A stretch of 64,000 nt of DNA from the human T2T-CHM13v2.0 reference genome, Homo sapiens. How positions within the stretch are numbered: position 1 is the stretch's first letter; the number at the start of each line of letters is the position of its first letter. Under the pieces are notes generated by a model. The model was not told the origin of the DNA. It made no database searches and saw only the letters and a list, made by a program, of their open reading frames with translations. Below, in pieces: positions 1-14,004 of the stretch. The stretch lies in assembly GCF_009914755.1 (NCBI RefSeq), contig NC_060925.1; one strand, written 5' to 3'. Both the position numbers and the translations under genes were made by a program.

Positions 1-1691
1 TTCCTCCAAATGCTTGCTGTGGGTTTTTTGGGTTTTCTCCTAGGATTCACCTTCAGACTGTATCTGCCTCCCTGTGTAGTTAGCATTTAGAAGTGTCCTC
101 ACTGGGTTTGCTTAGCCTCATTGAACATTTTTATGCCTGGCATGGCTTACTAGAGACTACCTATTGGAAGTGCCTACTAATACAATTTTCTGATAATTTA
201 GATGCTGAAGGACTTCCTTGAAATTTTCTTCGGCTGGCTTGGGATGGAATACTTGCTTTTGAAATATGCCCTAAAGAGTGTGCTATCCCTGGGGAAATCC
301 ACTTGTCTCAGGCAATATTAATCTGCTCTGCGAACAGCTTGTTGGAAATTTGCTGATAATCCATTTTTTTTTTGTCATTCCATATCTCAGTGTGAGAGAG
401 TAAGAGAATTTGGTAAAAGTTCTTACTTTTTAGCTTGACCTTCTGAGGTCTGAGGAGCACTCACCTTCCCAGTCTCATCTTCCATCCCTCTCTAACACAC
501 CCTCAAGTTCCCTGAGGAAACAACATTATATCCTGGTTCCAGTATGTATTATAGTTGGTGCCTTAGGAAAATTACTTTCTTTTTCAGAGACCCCTGCCCC
601 ACCCTTCCTCATCTGCTTAGGGGAGACTGTAATACTCATCTTTCAGTGCTGGGTAAGCCTAGCATGTTCCCTAGTATGCTTATAATCAGAGCTCAGTTAT
701 GATCCTTTCACTTTTATGTCTGTCCTTGACATGATGTTCTCTTAACCTTTGCTTGCTCTCCAACATTATTTTGTACTAAATAATGGACTAAAATGCCCTT
801 CAGCCCATTTCCATCCAAACTGCAATTCAGGCATCACCTCTGCCATAAGCCATCCTCTTTCCAACAACCTTCAACACCACCCCCGCTCCACCACCCCTGC
901 CTGCCACACACACACAGACATACACAGGCTGGAAATAAGCTCCTCAGAATGCTTATCTACTTTATATGCAACTTTATAATACTTCTTGGTGTGTCTAAAC
1001 AGTAGAAAATCAACTAATAATTATAATGCAGCACTGTGAGAGATATGAGAGAAAAAATACTAATGACTCAGAAGACTACATTTCATTGCTAAGTGGAAAT
1101 ATGGCAGGTCCAAATCTATACACAGTATCATCTTTATTTCTATGTATGTGGACACACAACACAAAATGTGTATATGTACGTATACACAAAAACAGAACTA
1201 AGAATGTAAGGATATATAGTCTCCAAAATGTTAACAGTGGTACCCTTGTTTATTTTCTTCTCTATCTTAATTTCATCTTCTTTGGTTTCAGTAGACCTCA
1301 GGGGTAGAGAAGTGAGTTAATCATACTGCTTTGCAGTCTTTATACGGCACAAGGCCCCGTCTGGTTTTATTGTAGATTTTCTTTTTTTTTTTTACTTCAT
1401 CAGCCTCAATTCCATCCTCCTCACCCAGCCATTTGGTTTCTTTCTGATGCTCTTTATGTATGTCCTTAAGTGTGCCCAAATTTTCCACATTCTTTATGTC
1501 TTCTATATTATAGATATATATGATATTATTGTGTAATGCAACGTATTTTAATGTATAAAATATAACAAAATATAGGTAATGTTTATATTTATATCTGAAT
1601 GAAACCTTTTTTCATAAATTAGAAACTGGAATTCATGTCTCTGCTTTTTACCTCTTTTCCCCGTTGTCTCCCCTCCCCTCAACACTGCAAT

Positions 1692-1744
1692 CACACACAC
1701 ATGCATGTGCACACACACACACGTGCACACATACACACACACAC
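1692..1744. repeat. Imperfect (CA)n microsatellite
   Basis: cacacacacatgcatgtgcacacacacacacgtgcacacatacacacacacac. Confidence 0.85.
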
Positions 1745-2881
1745 AAAAATGAAGATTTTCTTGACCAGTCGTACTTCCAGTTCCAAAATCTCAGGATTCC
1801 TTGTTGCATATATTGGTTGACTCCCTCCCTTGAGCTCTCTGATATATGGTTTTGTAAGAAGTTTTTAACATGATTTTTCTCAAGTAATTGAGCTCCTAGT
1901 TTTTAGCATAGTACAGCAGAGTTTGAACAGAGAATGACCAATGGCAATGCAGACAGCCTTATTGGACTAAGGATGGCATTTTCTGGTGATTCGTATGTTT
2001 GGCTTATCTTCCCCAGTCTAGGCTCTATTCAAGCATATGGCAAAAGGGACACACCATTTGCAGTTAGAGCAATATTTGTTTCCTTGCCCTGCCAGCTACT
2101 AGCAAGCTAAGTGACTTGAGCCTTAATTTCATCATTATGCCTTAAAGCACTTCAATGAATCTTAATTGACACCCAGAAATACGCATTTTTTAACCTTTTG
2201 AAATTTGTCGATAATTATTTTATGCCCCAGCATATGTAAACACTTGATAAGAGGGTATATTCTTCAGTTGTTGGTTGCAGTATTCTATAAATGTCAATTA
2301 GGGCAATGTAGTATTGTTGTTCAAATGTTTTCTTCCCATACCAATGTTTTGTCTACTTGTTCTTAAAAAGTCTGCATTTGTGATTGTGGGTTTGTCCCTT
2401 TATGTCTACTTTTCTGTTCATTTTTGCTTCATATACTTAGAAGCTGTGCATACATTTAGAATGATATGGAATAATTGACCCTTTATTATTATGAAACATT
2501 ATTCCTTAACTCTGTAATATTGTCTTGAAATTAATTTGTATCATGTTAATATAGGCCTACCTGCTTTCTTTTGCTTACTGTATGATTAATATTTTCTCAT
2601 CCTTTGCTATTAACCTATCTGTAACTTTGTAATTAAAGTACATCTCTTGTAGACAGCATATAATTTGTGTTTTTTTTATGCAGTCTGATAATCTCTGTCT
2701 TTTAGTGATAGTATCTGGCCTATTTAGATTTATTATAATTATTAATATAATTGGGATTAAGTCTACTCTCGTTATTTGTTTCTAACTATTGCTTCTGTTT
2801 TTAGTTTCTCTATTCTTTTCAGCTTTGTTAGGATTAAGCATATATTTTAATATGAAATTTTAATTCTTCTGGCTTTTTGGC

Positions 2882-3128
2882 TATATATATGTGGTACGTA
2901 TATTTGTGTGTGTGCATGTGTGTATATATATAAATATATATAAATATATATGTAAATATATAAATATATATGTAAATATATATAAGTATATGTGAATACA
3001 TATAAATATATGTAAATGCATATATAAAAATATATATGTAAATACATATATAAAAATATATATGTAAATATATATATAAATAAATATGTAAATATATATA
3101 TATAAATATATATGTAAATATATATATT
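2882..3128. repeat. AT-rich (TA)n-derived minisatellite
   Basis: Repeated units of about 22-26 bp resembling aaatatatatgtaaatatatat. Confidence 0.92.
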
Positions 3129-3810
3129 TGGTATGTGGTTTCTCCAGAGATTGCAATATTTATTCTTCACTTATCACTGTATACATAAAATAAAATAAGA
3201 GAATGTTATAGCAGTAAAATTTCACTTACCTTCCACCCATCTTTTGTGCTATTTTGTCATATATTTTTCATCTGTGTAATAACACCACAATACAATGTTG
3301 TTATTTTTGCTTGCAACAGTGATCTTTCAGATGCATTAAGAGAAGAAAACCATAATCTTTTATATTCACCCAGACATTTACCATTTCTGGTACACTTCAT
3401 CCTTTCCTACAGATCTGAGTTTTCATCTGGTAACATTGCCCTTAAGGCTGAAGAACTCCTTTTAGCATTTCTTATAATGCAGGTCAATTAGCAACACATT
3501 TTCTTGTGTTTTTAATATAAAATTTTGTTTTGAAAGGATTTTTTGCTGTCTATAAAGTTCTTGGTTGATCATTTTTTTCTATCAGCACTCTAAAAAAATT
3601 CATTTCATTATTTTTTGACCTCCATTGTTTCTGATGAATGTTAGCCATTATTGACATTTTTGTTCCGCTATATGTAATGTATCTTTTTCTCTATCAGCTA
3701 CTAAGATTTTCTTTTTCTTTTTCTCATTGGCAGTCTTATTCTGATGTGTCTAAGGTGATTCTTTGTATATTTATCCTGTTTTGGGTTTGCTGAGTTACTT
3801 GGATCTGCAG

Positions 3811-4044
3811 CAATAGTTTTTAACCAGGGACAATGTTGGTTCTCTAGGAAACGTTTGGCAATGTTTGGAGGTATTTTTGGTTGTCTTTGCTTAGAGTTCA
3901 GATAGGAGAGGATATTACTTGAAATTAGTTAATAGAGGCTAGGGATGCTGCCAAAAGTTCTACAATGTCCACGACAGGCCCCCACAACAAAGAATTATCC
4001 AATTTACAATTCAATAGTGCTAAGTGCCGAGGTTGAGACATTTG
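3811..4044 (+). mobile_element. MER20 (hAT-Charlie MITE)
   Basis: tttggcaatgtttggagg...gaggctagggatgctg...ccccacaacaaagaattatcc...gccgaggttgaga. Confidence 0.8.
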
Positions 4045-5745
4045 CATTTTGAGTTGAATTTTTTTCCACCAAATATTGGAAATAAAATAGTTTTTCTGCT
4101 CCATTTTCTTCCTGCGTCCCTTCTTAGACTCTGCTTACATGATGGTAAACTGCTTGCATGATGTTGTCTCACAGGTCACTGAGACTCTGTTTTTAATTTC
4201 TGTCGACCTGCCTTCAAGTTCATAACATTTTCTTTTGCAGTTTCGAATCTCCTGTTAAGATCATTTAGCAAAATTTTCATTTCAGATATTATACTTTTTA
4301 ATTCTGCTATTTTCTTCTTCTTTTTAAAAATATTCTTTGCTGGTAGCTCATTAGACTACCTCTTTGTTTAAGCCTTTGAACATATTAATAAGCTTAAAGT
4401 TCTTGTCTACTAATTCTAATATCTGAAGCATTTCAGGTTCTATTTCTATTTACTGCTCTTTTATTGTTCAATTTTTACTGCTCCTTTATATCTGTAGTTT
4501 TATTGTATGATAAACATTGTGATGATACTTTGTTGGAAGTCTGGATTACCATTTTCTTTGAAAACATGTTAAATTTTATTCTGGAAGACAGTTAAATTAC
4601 CGACATATCCTTCTGGTCATTAGGCTTGATTTTATTCTTTGTTAAAATGGGTCTATTGTGGTTTTCAACTTAGTCCTAGGAATGCAGCCTTTATTCCAAG
4701 GTGTAGTCCTTATTCCTAGTGTGATGTGGCCTTTCTGATACAGAAACACTGAATATCCAGCTAAATGCCTGAGATGCTCAGCAAGAGCTTTCCATTTTGG
4801 CTATGCTAGAGCTCCAACATATGCCAGCATTTATAACCTCTGGTATATAGTGCTGGTTTAGTTCTCAACCCTGCATCAGGCAGTCTCTGCTGGGCCTTGT
4901 GAAGTCTTACTCTCTATATTTACAGCCCAGACCTCAGCTAAGGACTCAGGGTGAATTTCCATGCAGTCTTTTCCCTCCTATCCCTCCAGCACCCCTAATC
5001 CCTATGTCCACACTGTGCCTCTCCCTATTTTCTTTTATATTGTCCCACATATTCCTGCTTCTTAGTAGTTTTTGTATTTTGATCCCTGCCTTCACAGCTC
5101 AGGGGACCACTATTCTACTTGGGCTCTAGATCATTTTATGGTAATAGGAAAGTGCTTCCAGGCAAAAGCTGGAGCAATTGTGAGGCTCATCTTGTGTGGT
5201 TTCTTTCTTTCAAAGATCTCAGTCCTTCTTAGACTGTTGTTTAATGCCTAAAAAACAGATGTTTTATATAACTTATCTAGTTTATCACAGGAGCTCAAGT
5301 CCAATACCATTATCATGGTTGGAAGTGGAAATCAGGAATATGCATTTTAAGTAAAGACCCCAGATAATTCTGAAACTGATGGTTGTGGGTTCATATTTTA
5401 GAACTGCTGATGTAAATTATTTAAAGTAGATATAAAGTATTCAAAGTAGCCCCAGCTTTCTGAGGAATTGTCAGAGGATCTCTACTCTCCAGGAGGTCTA
5501 GGTATTTTATATTTTGCAAAGGATAAAGGACTTTTATCTGAAATGTTTCTTGGTGTGAGATCCCTTTGAGTGTGGTGTATGTGTATGCGTATATTTGCTA
5601 CAGTGCTGAGTTGTACTCTGTGTTTTCACCATCTTGTGTATAGACAATGCACAATAGAATACCACACCATAGCAGAATCATTGATCAAATATACTGCAAG
5701 AATGAATCATCCATACATGTGTGTGTACACACACAGTTATATATA

Positions 5746-6041
5746 TTTTTTTTTTCTTAAGATGGAGTTTCGCTCTTGTTGCCCAGGCTGGAGTGCAGTG
5801 GCGCGATCTCGGCTCAATGCAACCTCTGCCTTCAGGTTCAAGCAATTCTCCTGCTTCAGCCTCCCAAGTAGCTGGGATTACAGGCGTCCACCACCATGCC
5901 CGGCTAATTTTTTGTGTTTTTAGTAGAGACGGGGTTTCACCATGTTGGCCAGGCTGGTCTTGAACTCCTGACTTCAGGTGATCCACCCGCCTCAGCTTCC
6001 CAAAGTGCTAGGATTACAGGTGTGGGCCACTGCACCCGGCC
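5746..6041 (-). mobile_element. Alu (AluS, Sp/Sq-like), antisense
   Basis: Poly-T followed by gatggagtttcgctcttgttgcccaggctgg...cccggcc. Confidence 0.95.
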
Positions 6042-8970
6042 TTATAAACATTTTCAATATGTAGTTTTATATGTAAATTTCATGTGTCAATAAAGCTATT
6101 TTTTTCAAAAAGTTAAGTCATGGCAATGATTTGGGGAAGTCATTTTATTTTCCTGGTGCATCCATTTGAGGCATAGGGATACATTGCTAATATTCTATTG
6201 AGTATTAAAGTGTTATGAGTCTGGGTTCTTTCCTCTCATTGTCCAAGGGGGGCTTCCAGCTCTCTGACTGTTATGTTCCTGACTGTGCCTGATGAAATGA
6301 AAAAAACATGGGTCTTGTCTTCACACCGACATTTGGATATATCCTAACTAAGTAATCTGGTGAATGAACTGACCTCTGACTCTCTTTTGATTTAGGCTAG
6401 AAGTCCAATGCACTATCCATTGTGCCACAGAGCCTGCCTGCTTGCACGAATTGACCTCTTTGAGACACAGTTCCCTTATCTGAAAAATAAGAGCAAAAAT
6501 ATATTTCAGTTTTAATGTGTGGGATACTGTATATTCCTAGCATGGTGCCTAACATATAGTAAGGCCACTTTGGTATATGTGTAGCACATGTGTGTGTTGT
6601 ATGTAGCACATAGCATATATACCCTTACCTTGATCTTGTAAACGACAAACAATATTCATCCACAACCACTGCTACTTTTCTGGAGAACAGTAATTTGATC
6701 TTTCTCTCAGAAGTTGGCTTGCAATGGCAGCTCCAGAATTTCTGCCTTGGAGCTAAGAGAAGACAATCTTGGTAGAAGGGGAGGAGCTTGAGAAAACGCT
6801 TCTTAGAGCTGCATATGCATAACAAGCACACTGGTTTTCTAAAATTCTACCTGTATATGGGGGGTTGTTTGGGAAGACTGATAGAGTTCTCTCAGTTGCC
6901 CTTTGGTGCCTATATTGTCTCCCCTGTCTCTCTTAAATGGAACTGAAATGTCGAACAGAAAATTTTTGCCTTATTTTTTTCTCTTTGCAGTTTTCTTTAA
7001 GTAGACCATCAGTCCTCTGCTATCTCTATTCTCTATCATAGACAAGGTCAGATAACAGCAAGGACATTTTCTCTGTTCCAGGGTGGTAATTAAGAGGGAA
7101 ATGTCATAGTCCATTTTATGCAATTTAAGCCCTGATCTTTTGATTAGAGAAGGGAGGAAAAAAACAATTGATGGCCCCTCACTTTCTGGAGTTGAGGTTC
7201 CATGTGGTGCCCAGAACCCTTTCTGTTTCTTCAGGTTTCTATTGAGGATTCTGATCTCATTGAATAGATTTGATTATTATTATTTCATAATGCAGAGCCT
7301 TTTTATTTGGTCCACATGTTGAAGAGTAAAGATTCCTTATTTAGACCCCTTTTCCCTGGCACATCATAAGTACTTACTTTGTCTGTTGAATCAAATTAAG
7401 CAATATCCATGTAAAGTTTTATATGAGAGTTTATTGAGTAGAATTTGGATTGGCACCTGTAGCCTGATTTCTTTGATCCTTGAAGGAACAAAATATGTTA
7501 CATCCATTTGACTGGAATTCCCCTAGCACCAACAGCCTGGTTGTGAACACTGTGCCCTATCTTTATTATACGCAGAGTTCATTTTGGTTTCAATGTAGTC
7601 ATTACTTTGTATTTCTCATTTTTTCCACTCTTATCAATCTTTTTTCATGTTGTCGATCCTTTTGGGAAAGAGGAGCTAGTATTGGTTTCTTAATTAGTTC
7701 TTCTATCTCTTTGAAGATAAACATTTCCCATCAAATATTAGCCTTCTTTACAATAAAGCGCATGTTGTATTTCAAGAAATCTCCATCTTTTAGGCAGGCT
7801 TTCTCAGTGGGTGCAGTGTTGCAATCAGAAATTCTGAAAAGCTTGAGGAGACAGTGAAACAGTGAAAGCATCTAGTCATATTTGCTACCTACAGTTAAGC
7901 AAAGACCAGATCACTGCCAAAGTTGATCTGTTTGGTCTTCCTTGCCATCTCTGCCATCTTCTCTTTGATTATTGCATTCCATAGCAGCTCAGTTTCACAT
8001 ACTTTTATTGAGTGCTTACTGTGTGCCATATATTGCACTTAGGGGACTGTGAAGAGGCATGAAACATGCTTCTTGCTGTTGAAGACTCAATAGCAAGTAA
8101 TTGAGTTGAGGGGAGGTAGACTCATTCACAAGTAATTATAATGCAAGCTGACTGCTCTGAGTCCTAGGATGGAGGAACAGAATGAGGTGGGAGAATGGAG
8201 GCATGAGAGACAAAAAGTACCTCTTGAAAGAGGCAGGATGGGGAAGTGAATAAGAGCAGAGGCTTTGGGTCCAGCCAAACCTAGCTTCATTTCATTCTGT
8301 TGTGACTGTTACTAAACTTCACCAAAACCTCAGTTTCCTCAGTGGGACTCCCACCTGCCACTGTGCTTAGTGCAAGCATCCCATTTAGTTGTTTATGGAA
8401 ACTGCTTAGCTGAGTGTCTAGCCTAGAGTACATGTTTAGTAGATGGCCTTTGTATGAGGATGATGATAGTGTTAAAGAATTTTAAAAGTGGAGGGGACTT
8501 AGGAAATCACTTAATTCATTCTCCTATGTTTATATTCTTGGAGACTCTGAGTTTGTGATTCTCCCATAGCTTGGGAAATAGCTGAGCCATCATAGTCTAG
8601 TATTCTTCCCATTAACAACCTGAAAAGTGAGTGTGGACGTACTCATGTGTGCACGTACAGATTTCATGGTGTCTGTAAGTGATGACAAAAGCTTTAATAA
8701 CTGGCACACTAGCATAATATAGAAATCAATATATATCAATGTAAAATATAACCCCCTTTTATTCTGTAAATAAATACACACAAGCACATGTATATTATCA
8801 CTGTTTATAGCACAAATTATCACTCTAATTTCCAATTTTTTAATTGATTTTTGGACATTCTGAAGAGTATTCTTGTTACTAGCTAAATGATCTCCATTTC
8901 CGGGCCATGGTTTGACATAGGGAATGCCAGCCAAACCTTCCAGCAACTTCCCCATTAAATTGATTATTCT

Positions 8971-9268
8971 GGTTGGGCGTAGTGGCTGACACATGTAATC
9001 CCAGCACTTTGGGAGGTCAAGGCAGGCAGATCACTTGAGCTCAGGAGTTTGAGAACATGGCGAAACCCCGTTGCTGCAGAAAATACAAAAATTAGCCAGG
9101 CATGGGTGCAACCCTGTAGTCCCAGCTACTCAGGAGGTGGAGTTGGGAGGATCGCTTGAGCCTGGGAGGCGGAGGTTGCAGTGAGCCAAGATTGGGCCAC
9201 TGCACTGCACAGCCTGGGCAAGAGAGCCACACCCTGTCTCAAAAAAAAAAAAAAAAAAAAAAGAAAAA
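8971..9268 (+). mobile_element. Alu (AluJ-like), sense, with a small left-arm deletion
   Basis: Full dimer with A22 tail; approximate TSD gattattct/gattatcct. Confidence 0.95.
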
Positions 9269-10246
9269 GATTATCCTAAGGGCCCTGGCACTTTATTGCA
9301 GTACAAAGAGAGTTGGGTGTGCTATTGCCTTGTAAGAGCTGTGATGGTCTTGGATGCCTATGCTTCCTATGTGGCCTGAAACGAGAAAGCCTGACTCATT
9401 GGCATTACCTGCTCTGTGGCCTCTGCCTGCCAGTGCTTAGCTCCCCTGGAGCCTTCCATGGATGCTACACATGCCCCTGCTTCTGCTCTCTTGGTCTGTT
9501 GAGCAGCTGTGTCCAGGGCCACAGCTGTAGCTTATACCACGTGCCACCTAGTACATAAGTATTGTAATATATCAAAAACCAGTACTACTGAATCTGAGTG
9601 AACCTGAATATTAGTCCTGCAAATAGCTCACAATAAGTCCTCCTACCAGGCACCAGGTCACGTCAAGATGAGAAGCAGAAACTTCAGAGTGATAAAGAGG
9701 TTCACTTCTGTTAAACATTTGTTCTTCTGAACTATCAAAAGTGAAGAGTTTCCATGGGCCATAGCTTGGATACACCAATAGGAGATTCTTACCCTAGGGA
9801 GGCTTGCTAGACACATCTCCAGTCTGGCTTTGTTAACCCTGAAATGGAACAGCATGGCTTTTTTTTTTTTTTTTTTTTTTTCTGGCCAAGGCTGCGTGAG
9901 TTTGCTAGAGGCAGCATTTTTTTGTGGCTTTATCTTCTATGTGCCATTCTATTAATATTTCTATTCTACAGATAAGGAAATCAAGACTTCTCTAGACTAT
10001 ATATCCAGCTAATAGCAGAGGTAGGATCCAGATCAGTTCTGGCTGAACTGAAGCTGACATAAAGCCTGTATTTTAATACAGGTTGCCTTCTGTAATGCCT
10101 AACCTCTTGTTTGGCATAGGGGTTATTGATTTGTTATTTTGCTAAATGTTATCTTTTTTTCTCTGAAATTTTAATTTCTAGTTGGATTCCCAGCCATTTG
10201 TGGGAGGCATTCCTTGGAATCATGTACTATGAGTGCTGAATTTCTA

Positions 10247-10607
<361 letters not shown>

Positions 10608-11872
10608 TCATTTTAGAAGATCTCATTACATAAAAATCACAATGTCATGCGTGTTATTATTTGATCCTGTTGATGACATGAGGCATGTAGAAAAGTTTTT
10701 GTTCTTAATTAGTTCCAGTTTATAGGGTGGGGAGTTGGTGGGGGGAAGGAGGCCTAGAGGAGTAAAATGACATACTCAAGGTCACACAGCTTTTAAGCAG
10801 AAAAACCAAGTTTCAAGTCTGAGACCTCTCTTCTCAAAGTCTGTTACATTTCCTCAAAGCTTCCCTGGAGTGAGATGAATGGGGAATGAGACGTAAGCAG
10901 CCTTTGGAGCCAAAGCAGTGGCTTTTTCCATGGTATATCTACTTGTTATGCCCATACGATCCATTTCTCTAACTGCTGGGAGCCAAGATCTGAAAAATCT
11001 GTTACAAAGAAGGATGATGAAGCCCTTTGTGATAATGACACGAGTTCCTTCCTTGCCCTTTGCCAAGCACTGTGAAGGAATGGCTTTTCCCTAGAGTGGG
11101 GCATCTCTACAGAGTCACTTTAGTTTCAGGGATTTCTATCCCACAGTTGTCAATTTTATAGAAGCCAGGACAAGACATTTTTAACATTGTGACTCTTAAC
11201 CACTGAGAAAAATGCCCACTGGTGAATGGGAACATGAATATGACATGATTCTAATGCCAAGTTCACTTTATCAGTCGTCTCTCCAAAAGGCTGATCCTGA
11301 ACACTATGGGATACTAACTCACTTTACTAGACCTGGATGATGAAAACATTCTGGAAAGAGGAAAAGTGATGTTCTGTGGAAGTGTTTTTGTGGAGTCCCA
11401 GAGGATCCACTGAAGAAGGCTGATGTCCCAAGAACTGCAGTTGGTGCCAAGTGTTGGTTGAATTCTTGAGAGCAAGAACTGCAGTTGGTGCCAAGTTGCT
11501 GCCCATCTCCTCCCTGTCCCCAGCATATTAGATCATCTTGAGTATTGATGCTGGAGCTGAGACAGTTACCACTGTGATGAAGCTGGGTCTGAAGTCTTAG
11601 AATAAGTCAAATGTAGAAGGATGTTCCTTCCTGGCAAGCCCCTAGCCTGCTTGGAGTGAGGGGGGCACACAGGCTCTTGGAGGGCTGTTGGCAGCATTTG
11701 CCTGCCTCTCCCAGGCCAGCTGAGAAACTTGTGTGGCTGTGAACTGTGATGAATCACGCAAGAGGAAGGAGGTCTCTACAGCTGTTGAGGAAGGACATAT
11801 CAAACTTGAATAGCATAGCACTTGGCTCTTTATTTTATGTAACATATTTTTAATTGTAAAACTAATGAATGT

Positions 11873-12207
<335 letters not shown>

Positions 12208-12294
12208 TTAGAAAATATAATCATAAAAACAAACAAAAATCACTCATCATTTTCCCAGATATAATTAAATATAATTACTATAACTGTTTTGAAA

Positions 12295-12540
12295 ATGTAG
12301 TGGATAAAAGCCTGGACTCTAGAATAGCCTGCATGGGTACAAATCCTGGCTTACTAACTGTAGGACCTGGGGTGAATCACTGATATGTCTTTGCTTCAGT
12401 TTCCTTGTGTATAAGATGAAGATAGCAATGGTATTGCCTTCATAGGGTATTTGTGAAGATTAAATGTGTTACTACATATAAAGAATTTAGATCAGTGGCC
12501 TAGTATGTGGTAGGCATTCAGTAGGTTTCAGTTGTTATTA
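12295..12540 (+). mobile_element. MIR SINE
   Basis: Core gcttcagtttccttgtgtataagatg...catagggtatttgtgaagattaaatg. Confidence 0.75.
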
Positions 12541-13684
12541 TTTTATGTTTATTATATCCTCTGAATTGTTTCTCTAAACTGAGATAGTTTTCTTTTACAA
12601 AAGTAAGATTACACAGTGGATTATGTGTTGTAGCCTGCTTATTTTACATTTAGCCTTTGCCATGCCCTTCTGTACTTTTCTGCAAAATGATTTTAGTAGC
12701 TAACCATATGGCGTTATTAGAGATATTTAACAATTCCCTTACTATTGAAAAAAATACATCATTTATAGCCTCTTGCCATGGTAAACACTATCTTGATGAA
12801 CGTCTCTTTTTGGTAAGTTTTTGCATACCATCCTTCTTTTGATGACAGTATTTTATGGGGGAGCATTTCTTCTTAGAGGACCAGATGGAATTATCCACAG
12901 CCCAGGGTGCCATAGGCATGTACTGAATAAGCATATGAGGGGATGATCACTATGCATTATGGACACTCCTTCTCCTTTGATACCACTTCTCACAGTGTTT
13001 TGTCCACGGCTAAGAAATCAATAAAATGTTTATGAAAAGCAGCCACACTTTTTTATATTTTCAGTTACATTAAGGCAGTTAAGACTAGCCCTAGCATTTG
13101 TGTTTATCTTCTTTATATAATTTCTAAATGACTATTGAATCATCTCAAATCTCTTTTGGAATGAAGCTCGATACAAATAAATGATCAAACAGCCAACTAG
13201 CAATCTAGTGGGAGACAGAAATTCTCTCCCAGGAAACACAAATTTTATGTCACTCTTGACAGCAAGGACTGGTCAGGTTCCTACAACTTGGAAGGAATAG
13301 GATACTGCGTCTAGTTTCCCAAACATTAGGAATCCCAAGGAAAACTTATTTCTTACACCCTTAAAGTGACTCAGAGGTAAAAGTGCAATTCTCTGATGTT
13401 TGTCCTTGGTGGGCTTAGATTTTCACACCACAGACATCATTGAAACAAGAATCTACTTGGAGCCTTAGAGGCAGTCCTGGACCTTTCTCTTTGGATGGCA
13501 CTCACATGCTCTGTCAACTCTGATGTCCTCACCTTCACTCTCTTACACCCTCAAATCCCTGAGGACCCTTAGTAAGCAGAGTGTTCTTTCCACTGGGTGC
13601 CATTTTAGCCAAAGTATTTAGAAAGGTGTTGGAGGTAGCAAGCTCTGCATTCCTAAGAACACAAGTGGTGTTAACCATCTGATG

Positions 13685-14004
13685 CAAGGGTTGGAAAACT
13701 TTTTCTGTAAAGGGCCAGAGAGTAAATGCTTTAGACTTTGTGGGCCGTAAGATCTGTGGCACTACTATTTTAACTCTGCATTGTAGCATGAAAGCAACCA
13801 TAGGCAAGATGTAAACACATAAGGGTACTTTACTTCTGGACATTGAAATTTGACCCTCATACCAGTTTCATGTTATGAAATATCATTCTTCTTTCTACTT
13901 TTTTCAATCATTTAAAAATGTAAAAGCCATTGTTATTTCACAGACTGTACAAAAACAGGCCGTGGACTGGATCTGGCCCATGGGATCCAGTTTGTTACCC
14001 CTTG
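13685..14004 (+). mobile_element. MER58B-like hAT-Charlie MITE
   Basis: caagggttggaaaactttttctgtaaagggccaga...tttgttaccccttg with terminal inverted repeats. Confidence 0.8.

Larger units (their letters stand above)
2185..5334 (-). mobile_element. Old L1M-type LINE, 5' half (5'UTR, ORF1, endonuclease region), antisense; interrupted by an AT-rich repeat and a MER20
   Basis: T-rich, degenerate L1 antisense text, e.g. cagttgttggttgcagtattctataaatgtcaattagg; ends in an L1M 5'-end-like catggttggaagtggaaatc. Boundaries approximate. Confidence 0.7.

Noticed and set aside
2847-3170. Tyr/Ile-rich minus-strand ORFs
   Set aside because: Artefacts of the (TA)n repeat.
5570-5986. Alu-overlapping ORFs here and at 10326, 28924, 29322, 34843, 35303 and 45830
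   Set aside because: Typical Alu-derived pseudo-peptides with no independent coding evidence.
6966-7090. Good acceptor (ttttttctctttgcag at 6990) as a possible extra exon in intron 1
   Set aside because: No convincing donor or auxilin-like coding sequence follows.
10724-10752. G-rich stretch as a possible G-quadruplex
   Set aside because: Only three separate runs of three or more G; not a canonical four-tract motif.
11429-11496. Repeat-spacer-repeat pattern resembling a CRISPR unit
   Set aside because: Only two copies, primate intron context and no cas genes.
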